Shown: positions 47,643-54,227 of the stretch, piece by piece | Numbering within the stretch: position 1 is the first letter of the stretch | Layout of the letters: every line of letters begins with the position of its first letter | Source of the DNA: a virus | IMG/VR virus record: IMGVR_UViG_3300035157_000753 | Location: 1-64,000 of that record | Length of the DNA stretch: 64,000 nucleotides | Direction: 5' to 3' (one strand) | Program-made: the position numbers and the translations under genes | The notes under the pieces: model-generated | Told to the model about the DNA's origin: nothing | The model's input: only the letters and a program-made list of their open reading frames with translations | Database searches by the model: none

Positions 47643-47838
47643 GTAATTCCTCCTTGTCTATGAACCTCTCTTGTAGATCATAGTTCAATCTCCAGTTCTC
47701 TGTATTGACATAATAACCAGTTATGCCATTACCATCGCAGTTATATCCATATCCTGTCACACGTTCTCTACATCCGTCAAGGTCGAAAGTCTTACCGCTG
47801 GTAAGATAGTCGTGGTACTTAGCGTCTAGTGTGATCAT
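47632..47838 (-). CDS. Hypothetical protein, 68 aa (start MITLDAKY)
   Basis: Start moved downstream of the sigma70 promoter at 47876-47904. Confidence 0.7.
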   Translation of the reverse strand: MITLDAKYHDYLTSGKTFDLDGCRERVTGYGYNCDGNGITGYYVNTENWRLNYDLQERFIDKEELHVR

Positions 47839-47875
47839 TGGCTGAGAGAAGAGAGGGCGTAATTTATATATTAAT

Positions 47876-47904
47876 ATTATACCGAAACCCTCACATAAAG
47901 TCAA
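47876..47904 (-). promoter_or_regulatory. Sigma70-type promoter TTGACT-N17-TATAAT
   Basis: Near-consensus boxes with a 17-nt spacer. Confidence 0.85.
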
Positions 47905-48060
47905 TGGGCACTTCACAGTTTTTACAAACTCTTAAGACGTTCTTTATATTTGAAAGGGTCTGGGGGATTTTTTGGGAAAATTTTTTATTTTGTTTCACGC
48001 TCGCTCATGCAAGACTTTATAGCTTAGAAAGCGTATGGATGTTAAGCTATGGGGGGCATG

Positions 48061-48082
48061 AAAAAACCCCCACTAGGGGGGT
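48061..48082 (-). terminator. Rho-independent terminator
   Basis: ACCCCC-N-GGGGGT hairpin followed by a U-run on the minus strand, after the ORF ending at 48099. Confidence 0.8.
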
Positions 48083-48098
48083 AGTGCCTCCGAGTGCC

Positions 48099-48254
48099 TC
48101 AGCGAATGTGCGGTGGGGCGATCTCGGCACGCCATCCAAGTCTTCCAAAGTCTTCTAAGATCTGAATGGCAGACTCATAAGTTGGAAAACTGATGAGTCT
48201 TGGATTTTGTTGCTGGTTTGTCCAGTAACGAACCTTTGTGCTGTTTTTGGTCAT
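48099..48254 (-). CDS. Early hypothetical protein, 51 aa (not in ORF track)
   Basis: MTKNSTKVRYWTNQQQNPRLISFPTYESAIQILEDFGRLGWRAEIAPPHIR; ends just before the terminator. Confidence 0.7.
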   Translation of the reverse strand: MTKNSTKVRYWTNQQQNPRLISFPTYESAIQILEDFGRLGWRAEIAPPHIR

Positions 48255-48335
48255 GTTGAGAATAAGGGTCAGAATTCAGGAAATAATAACGGATGAAAGA
48301 ATCATGCTTAAGCAGATCATAAGTTGATGCGTTCA

Positions 48336-48521
48336 TCATGCGTTCACTTCCATCCATTTGAATTCTGCCTCAGTGCCGACCTTCCATATGGTCATCGCTT
48401 CCATTTGATCAGTTGCCCAATCTAATGCGATGTCCTGTATGCGGTCGAATGAATGACCAAACTCTGCATTTGCTTTGAGTTCGTTGCCCCATGCTGAGGG
48501 TTGGACTGCCCAAGATGTCAT
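48336..48521 (-). CDS. Early hypothetical protein, 61 aa (MTSWAVQP)
   Basis: Internal ATG chosen to avoid overlap with the upstream gene. Confidence 0.7.
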   Translation of the reverse strand: MTSWAVQPSAWGNELKANAEFGHSFDRIQDIALDWATDQMEAMTIWKVGTEAEFKWMEVNA

Positions 48522-48562
48522 AGTGAAAAACCTCATGTGAAAAATGGATAATGGAAAGGCGA

Positions 48563-48748
48563 TCAGTGACGATCGCTTATATTCCATGCTTCGCCGAGTG
48601 AGTGGGACTTGAATTGAAATCCGTCCTCTGCGAGTTTGGTCAATGCTGCCATCACTGCCGCATCTTTGGTTGCTGCTTCGTTCATAAGAACAGCACCGCC
48701 GAATGCGGGGCGAAGATCAGAATTGAACATTGGTTGTTTGTTTGACAT
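48563..48748 (-). CDS. Early hypothetical protein, 61 aa
   Basis: ORF track; TGC-TATAAT lies 6 nt before the ATG. Confidence 0.75.
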   Translation of the reverse strand: MSNKQPMFNSDLRPAFGGAVLMNEAATKDAAVMAALTKLAEDGFQFKSHSLGEAWNISDRH

Positions 48749-48939
48749 GCCTTAATTATAGCAGATGGGCATGAGGGGGAAACGGGTAGGGGTGAACTCT
48801 TAACAATCTGTTGTAAAAATTCCAGCCGTCCCACTAGTACATATGTGCTATGCTTCCAAGGCGCATATAATGAAAATGAAAACTCCCCGAATGAAATGTC
48901 CGAGGAGTCGGGTCTTGGATTTTTTGGGTTTGGGTTTGG

Positions 48940-49254
48940 TCACGTGAATACGAGATCAGCGAGCGACGTGGTAGAATATAGAACACAGTCTTGGCGAAAC
49001 TGCTTTTTGTAACGTTGCCCGACCTCATGAAGATTTTTGATCATGCGATCTGCACCCGCTGTTCTTTCATCCACGGTGATTGAAATAGTCATGCATTCTT
49101 CCAAATCGCCTTTGTAAATTCCAACCCCTTCCGTGATCGTTGCGAAATCCAAAAGAGAGCAAACCTCATCTTTCAAAAACTGATTCCACATTTGACGGGT
49201 CACGGTGCCTGAGTTTGGGATGTTGCGACCTAGGGTGATGCTGTGGGTTTGCAT
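48940..49254 (-). CDS. DUF3574/SAM-lyase-like early protein, 104 aa
   Basis: LGRNIP...V....W.QFL..EV...TI.EG.G.YKG..EE...YKKQFRQDCVL; start placed downstream of the TATAAT at 49282-49287. Confidence 0.65.
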   Translation of the reverse strand: MQTHSITLGRNIPNSGTVTRQMWNQFLKDEVCSLLDFATITEGVGIYKGDLEECMTISITVDERTAGADRMIKNLHEVGQRYKKQFRQDCVLYSTTSLADLVFT

Positions 49255-49281
49255 AAAGCAGAAATCCTCTGAACTAGTTCC

Positions 49282-49340
49282 ATTATAAACCCCGTGGATA
49301 TCGATTTCCATATAGGGTGTGCCACTATGTCAACTGGTCA
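49282..49340 (-). promoter_or_regulatory. Early promoter with palindromic upstream element
   Basis: TGACCAGTT-GACATA-GTGGCACA-N30-TATAAT. Confidence 0.75.
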
Positions 49341-49443
49341 GGGCAGCCGTTTTTTTGTTTCATTATGTTACGCTTCGCCGCTGCATCTGATTTTGTCAAG
49401 CGATCCTCTGTATAATATGAGAGTACAAAACGCCAGCATCCAA

Positions 49444-49731
49444 ATGCCAGCATCCGCTAAGTCTGCTCCCGTCTCAACCGTTGCTCCTAAAAAACCAGCA
49501 CGTAAGACCAGAGCACGCAAAGCACCCGCCGCCCCTCGCACTCGCAAAGCAGCGGCAACCCCTCAACCTCAAACCCCAAAGGTCGAAATGGTTGAACTCA
49601 AATCCATTTTCAAGGATTACCCTCGTGACGGATTTGCTCTTATCCTCCTTCCCGTTCTACTCTTGGAAGCAATGGTTAAGGAAATTCTACCCGTCCTCGG
49701 CAGAATAAAAGTTCCTACCTCATTCGGATAA
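49444..49731 (+). CDS. Basic A/K/P/R-rich protein with hydrophobic C-terminal segment, 95 aa
   Basis: PKKPARKTRARKAPAAPRTRKAA...GFALILLPVLLLEAMV; TATAAT at 49411 upstream, terminator downstream. Confidence 0.75.
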   Translation: MPASAKSAPVSTVAPKKPARKTRARKAPAAPRTRKAAATPQPQTPKVEMVELKSIFKDYPRDGFALILLPVLLLEAMVKEILPVLGRIKVPTSFG

Positions 49732-49738
49732 ATCACCT

Positions 49739-49761
49739 GACCCCGTAAGGGGTCTTTTTTT
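49739..49761 (+). terminator. Rho-independent terminator
   Basis: GACCCC-GTAA-GGGGTC followed by T7. Confidence 0.9.
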
Positions 49762-49778
49762 ATGGATTCCGGCCGCCC

Positions 49779-49837
49779 GTGGACAGTTGGATTAGTGGCA
49801 CAAGAGACCTTCCATTGGGTCGGATTTGCCCTATACT
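49779..49837 (+). promoter_or_regulatory. Early promoter with palindromic upstream element
   Basis: GTGGACAGTT-GGATTA-GTGGCACA-N29-TATACT. Confidence 0.75.
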
Positions 49838-49866
49838 TAAGAAGTCAACCAAAGCGATTCATTTTA

Positions 49867-50124
49867 ATGATCCTCAGACAACTCGGATCCAATCAGACCG
49901 AACTTTCTTTGAATAACGGAACCTCGTTATTTTTCTCCTACGAAACTCCCGTTGCTGGATTCTCTCCTGACTTGGGTTGGTTCAAAACCTCAACCTATTA
50001 TTCACGGACGACATCCAAGCACATCAACCAGTATTTCAAGCACGCTCCTAAAGACAAAATCAGAATTGTTTCAGATGATGTCATTTCCGAGATGTGTCAT
50101 CCAGACGATCGAATCAAGGTGTAG
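49867..50124 (+). CDS. Conserved phage early protein, 85 aa (FFSY.TPVA...S.TTSKHIN family)
   Basis: Recognisable motif; start at MILRQLGSNQTE, downstream of the promoter. Confidence 0.8.
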   Translation: MILRQLGSNQTELSLNNGTSLFFSYETPVAGFSPDLGWFKTSTYYSRTTSKHINQYFKHAPKDKIRIVSDDVISEMCHPDDRIKV

Positions 50125-50133
50125 AATGTAGGT

Positions 50134-50289
50134 ATGAGAAATCTACAAATCACCGAATCTGAAGAAGAAGTCCTTGCTCAAATGGCGGTCTTCTTCTTCG
50201 ACTGCGGAATCCCTGATCACTTCGATCAGGACGCTTTCAATTCTCTCTTTGAGAAAATCACCGAACCTTCACCCTTCGATTATGTCTGA
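50134..50289 (+). CDS. Acidic early protein, 51 aa (not in ORF track)
   Basis: MRNLQITESEEEVLAQMAVFFFDCGIPDHFDQDAFNSLFEKITEPSPFDYV. Confidence 0.7.
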   Translation: MRNLQITESEEEVLAQMAVFFFDCGIPDHFDQDAFNSLFEKITEPSPFDYV

Positions 50290-50419
50290 AACCTACCTTG
50301 AAGATCTAGCAGAGGCAATCTTCGACCAAATCGTCACCGAGAATTTCAAAGACCTCACCAAATCAGAAGAGGCACTCATTTATGAAATTGCGTGTGATCG
50401 AGCATATGAGGGAGTCTAG
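50282..50419 (+). CDS. Acidic early protein, 45 aa
   Basis: MSETYLEDLAEAIFDQ...RAYEGV; overlaps the previous stop and is followed by a terminator. Confidence 0.7.
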   Translation: MSETYLEDLAEAIFDQIVTENFKDLTKSEEALIYEIACDRAYEGV

Positions 50420-50432
50420 CACTCCCTTTTTT
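50410..50432 (+). terminator. Rho-independent terminator
   Basis: GGGAGT-CTAGC-ACTCCC followed by T6. Confidence 0.8.
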
Positions 50433-50459
50433 CCTGTCCCATTATTTTAAAAGAACACT

Positions 50460-50957
50460 ATGCCAAATTGGTGCAATAACAGACTCACAGTCTCAGGCGA
50501 AAATACTGCAGACGTTCAAAAGGTCAAATCCTTCTTTGAAAGCGATTCCCCATTTGCTGAAATCTACCCCGAACCCGATTGGTCAAAAATCCCACTCGCT
50601 GAGGATGACCTTAAATATCTTGGGCGACAGCGTGGCGAGGTTGGTGAACTCCCAGTCTATAAAGAATACAAATCCCCAAACGGCGAGGTTTGCCATAGGG
50701 GTTTAGAATTTGCGTCCACAGGAAATCAGGACGATCGCTGGTATAATTGGCGGTGCTATCATTGGGACACAAAATGGGACATCAACCGAGACCATATAGA
50801 ATGGGGTGATGAGGATGACGATTATTTCGTTTGCCATTTTGACACGGCATGGAGTCCACCAGAGGGCATCATTCACAAATTACGTGAAATGTTCCCTGAC
50901 CTCGGCATCTCATTATTTTATGATGAACCAGGAATGGAAATTGCTGGGTACGTCTAA
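50460..50957 (+). CDS. DUF1281/YubB ferredoxin-like protein, 165 aa
   Basis: MPNWCNNRL, WYNWR..HWDTKWD, FDTAWSPP, YDEPGM signatures. Confidence 0.85.
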   Translation: MPNWCNNRLTVSGENTADVQKVKSFFESDSPFAEIYPEPDWSKIPLAEDDLKYLGRQRGEVGELPVYKEYKSPNGEVCHRGLEFASTGNQDDRWYNWRCYHWDTKWDINRDHIEWGDEDDDYFVCHFDTAWSPPEGIIHKLREMFPDLGISLFYDEPGMEIAGYV

Positions 50958-51124
50958 TGAACCAATTTAGAATCGAATGCTCTGAGGTCAACTACTTCAC
51001 AGTTCTTGTTGAAGCAGAGACCGAAGAGCAAGCGAGGGAACTTGCCCACGCAAATATAAATGGATTCCCTGTTGAAATGGAATACGTCTCCGAATGGACG
51101 ATTGAGTCAGTAGAAGAACTCTAA
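50957..51124 (+). CDS. Acidic early protein, 55 aa (not in ORF track)
   Basis: MNQFRIECSEVNYFTVLVEAETEEQARELA...; TAATG coupling. Confidence 0.75.
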   Translation: MNQFRIECSEVNYFTVLVEAETEEQARELAHANINGFPVEMEYVSEWTIESVEEL

Positions 51125-51139
51125 AAAATCCGGCCGCCG

Positions 51140-51197
51140 ATGGACAGTTGAGAGACTGTCCATTTTTTCCCCCATGGGGTCGATTTTCATGTAATAT
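51140..51197 (+). promoter_or_regulatory. Early promoter with perfect 9-bp inverted repeat
   Basis: ATGGACAGT-TGAGAG-ACTGTCCAT-N28-TAATAT. Confidence 0.75.
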
Positions 51198-51203
51198 AAG
51201 AGT

Positions 51204-51380
51204 ATGAAATTCAACGACCAATTCACGATCACTCTCACCTCAGCACAGCACGATTTGCTGACATCCATTTTCAGTTCACTCGCTGATCTGGATTTGCCAC
51301 CCGCTGAGGATGACCAATTCGACTCCCTCTGGGATCAGGTCATAAACGCTGAACACAAAATCATCACTGAGGAATCATGA
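51204..51380 (+). CDS. Acidic early protein, 58 aa (not in ORF track)
   Basis: MKFNDQFTITLTSAQHDLL...FDSLWDQVINAEHKIITEES. Confidence 0.7.
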   Translation: MKFNDQFTITLTSAQHDLLTSIFSSLADLDLPPAEDDQFDSLWDQVINAEHKIITEES

Positions 51381-51544
51381 GCATCATTTCTGAATTTTAC
51401 GGCGGTCTGCTAGAAAAGGGTTACACTGAGCGAGAAATTCGTGAGAGTGCCCAAAGACACCAGACCCGAACCGCGCCAGATTGGTTCAACGGAACCTATG
51501 AAGAATATCTGGACAAAATGCACGATTTTCTAAACGGGATTTAA
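51377..51544 (+). CDS. Early protein, 55 aa (not in ORF track)
   Basis: MSIISEFYGGLLEKGYTEREIRES...HDFLNGI; ATGA overlap and a terminator downstream. Confidence 0.7.
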   Translation: MSIISEFYGGLLEKGYTEREIRESAQRHQTRTAPDWFNGTYEEYLDKMHDFLNGI

Positions 51545-51557
51545 CTCCCGTTTTTTT
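51532..51557 (+). terminator. Rho-independent terminator
   Basis: AAACGGGA-TTTAAC-TCCCGTTT followed by a T-run. Confidence 0.8.
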
Positions 51558-51620
51558 ATGCGATGCCGCCAGGCGGCTGACTTTTTTGATATCGCGGTCC
51601 AGCCGCCTGTGGACAATTCA

Positions 51621-51803
51621 CTAACTGTCACAAGGGACGTAGTATACTAGTCCTTCTGTGAGATAATAGGAACAGATCTGCTCAAACTCTGGGTGAGATT
51701 TGTGCATGTCAGTGTCAAGCAATCCCTGAACTAAATCTATGCTTTCCTTCCAATCTAATCCCGATTCTTTATACTTAGTGATTAGTACTTCTATACTATT
51801 CAT
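51621..51803 (-). CDS. Hypothetical protein, ~60 aa
   Basis: ORF track, with the start moved to MNSIEVL. Confidence 0.6.
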   Translation of the reverse strand: MNSIEVLITKYKESGLDWKESIDLVQGLLDTDMHKSHPEFEQICSYYLTEGLVYYVPCDS

Positions 51804-51966
51804 AATCATCCTCCAAGTGATTCAGATCTTGTCTTATTCTATTAATATTGCTTATCTTGTCAGAATAGCCAGAATTGGCTAAATCCTCAAATTGTTCTAA
51901 TTCTCTCTTTTTTTGGCCAAATGATCCCTTTTTGCGATTACCGCGATAATCCCACGACTTTGCCAT
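51796..51966 (-). CDS. Hypothetical protein, 56 aa (not in ORF track)
   Basis: MAKSWDYRGNRKRGSFGQKKRELEQFEDL...EDDYE. Confidence 0.65.
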   Translation of the reverse strand: MAKSWDYRGNRKKGSFGQKKRELEQFEDLANSGYSDKISNINRIRQDLNHLEDDYE

Positions 51967-52001
51967 TTTTCTGTCCGTTTGTAGAAGTTTACAGGTTTTA
52001 A

Positions 52002-52256
52002 CTAAACTTGGGGCTTTTGAACTAAATCGCCACTTTTCAAAGAATCATTATAAAACCTTCCAAGTGACAGGGAAGTAGGATCTTCAACAAAACCTTCGAG
52101 CTTGGCTAAAAGAGTTTTGTTTGCGGGTTTCCACTCATACTCATAGGTTTTCTCATTCCCTGAGAAGTTGATGAATACCTTGGAACTCTGCACGACTATC
52201 TTGTCAATTGCAGAACTCAACTCGGCGATTTCAAATGTGTGCTTTTTGGCTGCCAC
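52002..52256 (-). CDS. KTSC-domain-like protein, 84 aa
   Basis: SSAI..I....V.I.F....Y.Y....S.GRFYN pattern. Confidence 0.65.
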   Translation of the reverse strand: MAAKKHTFEIAELSSAIDKIVVQSSKVFINFSGNEKTYEYEWKPANKTLLAKLEGFVEDPTSLSLGRFYNDSLKSGDLVQKPQV

Positions 52257-52282
52257 GTTCTTTTTGGTTATCTACATTAGTA

Positions 52283-52342
52283 ATTATAATCGATCTCGCC
52301 TCACCTGTCAACCAACCTCTGAGCCACTTCGAGAACTGTCAC
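52283..52342 (-). promoter_or_regulatory. Consensus sigma70 promoter TTGACA-N17-TATAAT with palindromic upstream element
   Basis: GTGACAGTT-CTCGA-AGTGGCTCA-N8-TTGACA-N17-TATAAT. Confidence 0.9.
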
Positions 52343-52471
52343 AAAACCACTTGACAAACTGGCACACTGCGGGCTTAGACCCCAAAGCACTCTGATACAA
52401 TAACAAAGTAAACCGCCCAACTACGTTTTTATTAACATTTCTTAAAAGGGTAGTATCCTTGAGTATCTTAC

Positions 52472-53068
52472 TCACAAAATACCTGGTCCTTCGCGGAATA
52501 CATCAAATATGAGGGAAATTCTATCGAATCTACCCATATTTTCTACCTTATGCATCGCGGAACTCTGGAAAATCATCAATTTACCCTCCGCCTGGGGTCT
52601 AGACTCATTCCGTACAGATAGCGTACAGATCTCAGCAGTAAATGGCAACTGACACCTCAGTCTCTGAGTATGACTATTAGGATCAGGGTCATAATGCCAT
52701 CCTAGAGATGCATCAGGTGCTAGTTTAACCATACCTACGTACATAGTTTCACCTAACCATGTCATTGTCTTTGCTAGTTTAGGTAATACTTCTACGTTCC
52801 TTGGGTATGGTGTACGATTAAAGAATAATGGTGCTATACTCCACTTACTATCTTCTGTTGCTAGTGGTGCAGTAAAGTATTCATCATATTGTATTTCATG
52901 TCCTTGATTACTTTCTTCTATGGTCTTCTTCTGGTATGATGTAAAGTCTCTCCACTCTAGTCCATAATGATTGCTATCCCACTCCTTCTTTAGAGTAGGA
53001 TAGACTGTATGTAATCCCTTTAGTCGTCCGTTGACTTCTTCAGGTTCATAGAAATAATCACCTTTCAT
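52472..53068 (-). CDS. Asp/Asn beta-hydroxylase-family 2OG-Fe(II) oxygenase, 198 aa
   Basis: L.P.A.L.WHYD, RLRCQLP, H.V.N...RI.LIFDV. Confidence 0.8.
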   Translation of the reverse strand: MKGDYFYEPEEVNGRLKGLHTVYPTLKKEWDSNHYGLEWRDFTSYQKKTIEESNQGHEIQYDEYFTAPLATEDSKWSIAPLFFNRTPYPRNVEVLPKLAKTMTWLGETMYVGMVKLAPDASLGWHYDPDPNSHTQRLRCQLPFTAEICTLSVRNESRPQAEGKLMIFQSSAMHKVENMGRFDRISLIFDVFREGPGIL

Positions 53069-53219
53069 TCGCTAGTTGTGTTGGTGATTTGGTTGTAGGA
53101 TTATGTGCCCATGCCGTACATATGTTATAGATCTCATTCCCTAGTCCTTCATGTGATAGTTCTAGGTAACATTGACGGCGACGTTCCATTTCGTCTTCTG
53201 TGGGGTGTTCTACACTCAT
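53058..53219 (-). CDS. Hypothetical protein, 53 aa (not in ORF track)
   Basis: MSVEHPTEDEMERRRQCYLELS...; fills the gap between coupled ORFs. Confidence 0.6.
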   Translation of the reverse strand: MSVEHPTEDEMERRRQCYLELSHEGLGNEIYNICTAWAHNPTTKSPTQLANER

Positions 53220-53422
53220 TTCTTTAACAGTTGCTTACTAGTTGTACCATACTGTGAATAGAGTTTGGCATCATTGATTGCATGATCCTCGCTCCTAAAC
53301 GGTCCATATGATTGTGGTACATCGGTGAATGACCAGTAAACTCCTTTTCTCTTTGGTTGTAATTCAACCAGTATGTCCTGATTCAGTACTGTGAACTGGA
53401 CTTTCTTGAGGGACTTTGCCAT
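53216..53422 (-). CDS. Hypothetical protein, 68 aa
   Basis: YW....YGPF.SE..AI.DA motif. Confidence 0.65.
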   Translation of the reverse strand: MAKSLKKVQFTVLNQDILVELQPKRKGVYWSFTDVPQSYGPFRSEDHAINDAKLYSQYGTTSKQLLKK

Positions 53423-53624
53423 TTGGGATCCTTGGGGTGATTTGATCGTAATAGTCAGGATAGACTAAAACGTTAACTTGTTTAATGCCATGTAGTGTCC
53501 CTTCATCGGGCCACTCATGTGTACAGACTACGATATAATCACTACAAACGAAATTGATGTATGCACTGTCGTGCCCATCAAAGGAGACTGGATCTCCGAT
53601 CTTGAACTGATGTTTCTTAGGCAT
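53364..53624 (-). CDS. Hypothetical protein, 86 aa
   Basis: ORF track; coupled to the upstream gene. Confidence 0.65.
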   Translation of the reverse strand: MPKKHQFKIGDPVSFDGHDSAYINFVCSDYIVVCTHEWPDEGTLHGIKQVNVLVYPDYYDQITPRIPNGKVPQESPVHSTESGHTG

Positions 53625-53830
53625 TAGTTACCAAAACCATTACCCTTATTTAACTCTGTTCTCTGTGCGTATAAACTACGCAACTCACGTTTCAACCTTG
53701 CTTCCTCTTCTCCCGTGTAGATATAGGACTGTTTTAAACACTCCTTGATCATTTTAATTTGTTTGGATAGAGTGCCGACTGATTGATACATCTGAGGTTT
53801 ACTGGATAATGGTTCTGGTCTAAGCTTCAT
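53624..53830 (-). CDS. Hypothetical protein, 68 aa
   Basis: ORF track; C-terminal KGxGFG. Confidence 0.65.
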   Translation of the reverse strand: MKLRPEPLSSKPQMYQSVGTLSKQIKMIKECLKQSYIYTGEEEARLKRELRSLYAQRTELNKGNGFGN

Positions 53831-53834
53831 GTCA

Positions 53835-53951
53835 TCATAAGGCAGTTGCTACATCTTCCTCCACACAGTCTACGATATGGTCTAATACTTGCAATACTTC
53901 AGCACCACTGTTGGTGTTCTCAAGTAGAAAGAAAGCAAATGATTCAGACAT
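53835..53951 (-). CDS. Small acidic protein, 38 aa
   Basis: MSESFAFFLLENTNSGAEVLQVLDHIVDCVEEDVATAL, immediately after the tRNA. Confidence 0.55.
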   Translation of the reverse strand: MSESFAFFLLENTNSGAEVLQVLDHIVDCVEEDVATAL

Positions 53952-53981
53952 GATGATAATAAAATGAGGTTTACATTTGAA

Positions 53982-54056
53982 TGGTGCCACAAGAGAGATT
54001 TGAACTCCCGACCTTGGCTTTACAAAAGCCCTGCACTACCGCTGTGCTATTGTGGC
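53982..54056 (-). tRNA. trnT: tRNA-Thr(UGU) with encoded CCA
   Basis: GCCACAA acceptor pairing with TTGTGGC-ACCA; D arm GCAC..GTGC; anticodon loop TTTGTAA; T loop GTTCAAAT. Confidence 0.95.
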
Positions 54057-54062
54057 ATGTTA

Positions 54063-54165
54063 TGGTAGTTTCCTATCGCCTCCATGTCTGAAACTACCAA
54101 AGGGACATGCAGCAGTAAGAGGTTCGACTTAAAGAGCAACTTGTGTGCTCACCCTTGCCTTACTC
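54063..54165 (-). ncRNA. Structured pseudoknotted RNA upstream of the tRNA (manA-motif-like candidate)
   Basis: Crossing helices CATGTC/GACATG and TGGTAGTTTC/GAAACTACCA, plus GAGCA/TGCTC and AGTAAG/CTTACT stems; has its own promoter. Confidence 0.65.
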
Positions 54166-54169
54166 TCTT

Positions 54170-54227
54170 ATTATAGCAGATCGAGACTGCCATGCAATAC
54201 CCTATGTGCAGGTTTGTTGGCTGGCAC
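54170..54227 (-). promoter_or_regulatory. Early promoter for the ncRNA-tRNA transcript
   Basis: GTGCCAG..CCTGCACA-N7-TTGCAT-N16-TATAAT, with an extended TGn -10. Confidence 0.7.

Noticed and set aside
47838-48158. 106-aa plus-strand track ORF
   Set aside because: It crosses a minus-strand promoter, a terminator and a gene, and has no supporting signals.
48175-48357. Apparent +1 frameshift at TTT-TCC joining this track ORF to a downstream frame
   Set aside because: The downstream frame has its own ATG at 48254 and forms a complete 51-aa gene, so no frameshift is needed.
48922-48939. TTTGGG x3 telomere-like or G4-like repeat
   Set aside because: Too short, with too few G-tracts; probably chance.
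49357-49371. Possible NtcA box (GTA-N8-TAC)
   Set aside because: The spacing and second half do not fit; a direct-repeat HLR1-like reading fits better.
49294-49866. Track N-terminal extensions of ORFs 49294..49731, 49762..50124 and 48940..49311
   Set aside because: The extensions run through promoters; downstream ATGs fit the -10 positions better.
54060-54115. Possible HDV-like (theta) ribozyme next to the tRNA
   Set aside because: It lies 5' rather than 3' of the tRNA, and no P3/L3 element sits between the crossing helices.
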